From a virus (lineage: Duplodnaviria; Caudoviricetes), in IMG/VR virus record IMGVR_UViG_3300020401_000078, positions 1-26,120 of that record: DNA of 26,120 bases. The stretch is one strand, 5' to 3'. Numbering within the stretch: the first letter of the stretch is position 1; each line of letters opens with the position of its first letter. Below, piece by piece: positions 25,634-26,120 of this stretch. The translations under genes were made by a program, and so were the position numbers. The notes beneath the pieces are model-generated. The model was not told where the DNA came from. It did no database searches and worked only from the letters and a program-made list of their open reading frames with translations.

Positions 25634-26120
25634 CCCGTACACTCTCCTTCGTCTGCCTGACATAAGTAAGACTCTTCGTTAAAAATCCAATCTTGTTGCC
25701 GGTCAACAAAATCAACAAACGTTTTCATGTTGCGCCGTTTGTGAAATGTGCTGCCGACATTCTGCTCAAGATCGATCCACCATTGCGCTCGTTCAGGGTG
25801 TTCCCTTGCCATAGCCGCAAGATTTGCTTCGCTTTTGAGAAAACAAAAGTCACAGTTACTGTTCGGTGTATTGCCCTTCACGTTCAACAACCCAAGATCA
25901 AACGGTTGTTTCTTCCAAAAGTCAGAGATCGTTTGCTTGGTTACGTTAGCCAGAACCAGCGGATACCAGAAAACCCACCTGTCTTTGGATTCTTTTCTAC
26001 ACCTGTGCTGTTCGTCGTGACGGATGCCGACAGCAGAAGACCACTGTTTCCACTCAAGCTCGTTGACCAGATATCGCTTCATTGTTCGAACCTTGAGCTC
26101 CTCCGTGCAGAACCGGGTCA
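25630..26120 (-). CDS. PAPS-reductase-like (adenine nucleotide alpha-hydrolase) phage protein, 5'-truncated
   Basis: The frame stays open to the window edge (TRFCTEELKVRT-MKRYL); motifs RFCT.ELK, GIR.DE..R, YPL, NCDFCFLK and a terminal C-x6-C. Confidence 0.75.
   Translation of the reverse strand, partial: TRFCTEELKVRTMKRYLVNELEWKQWSSAVGIRHDEQHRCRKESKDRWVFWYPLVLANVTKQTISDFWKKQPFDLGLLNVKGNTPNSNCDFCFLKSEANLAAMAREHPERAQWWIDLEQNVGSTFHKRRNMKTFVDFVDRQQDWIFNEESYLCQADEGECTG

Noticed and set aside
25634-25663. Longer polymerase N-terminus MSGRRRRVYG
   Set aside because: It overlaps the upstream gene and contains the likely RBS; the ATG at 25633 has ATGA coupling.
1-26120. Alternative genetic code, programmed frameshifts, introns/inteins, tRNA genes
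   Set aside because: Standard-code ORFs tile the window almost without gaps using all three stop codons; PolA is of normal length with contiguous motifs; there is no intergenic space for a tRNA.

Overview
This window is a fragment of a tailed dsDNA bacteriophage genome, probably a short-tailed (podovirus-like) phage of the uncultured aquatic type. Bases 1-23070 form one tightly packed, translationally coupled plus-strand late operon. It contains two head-tail adaptor-like genes, tail/fibre genes, a P22 gp10/T7 gp12-like tail protein, probable internal (ejection) proteins up to 1593 aa and a peptidase M15 endolysin. The converging minus-strand module holds a PAPS-reductase-like protein (truncated by the window edge), a family A DNA polymerase of the Leu762 type and a 2OG-Fe(II) oxygenase. 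The most notable element is a cassette inside the tail-fibre region (about 3578-8424). It pairs a 503-aa Gly-X-Y fibre protein rich in Gly-Asn-Pro-Gly with a prolyl-hydroxylase-like dioxygenase, a Coq4-like metalloprotein, a DUF6065/dUTPase-fold-like protein and unknown proteins, and may be a phage-encoded fibre-modification system. Other points of interest are a GC-rich hairpin displaying an anti-Shine-Dalgarno loop between the converging modules, a nested domain triplication in the tail protein, and a cecropin-like helix in an ejection protein. All family assignments come from motif recognition by eye; no database search was run.
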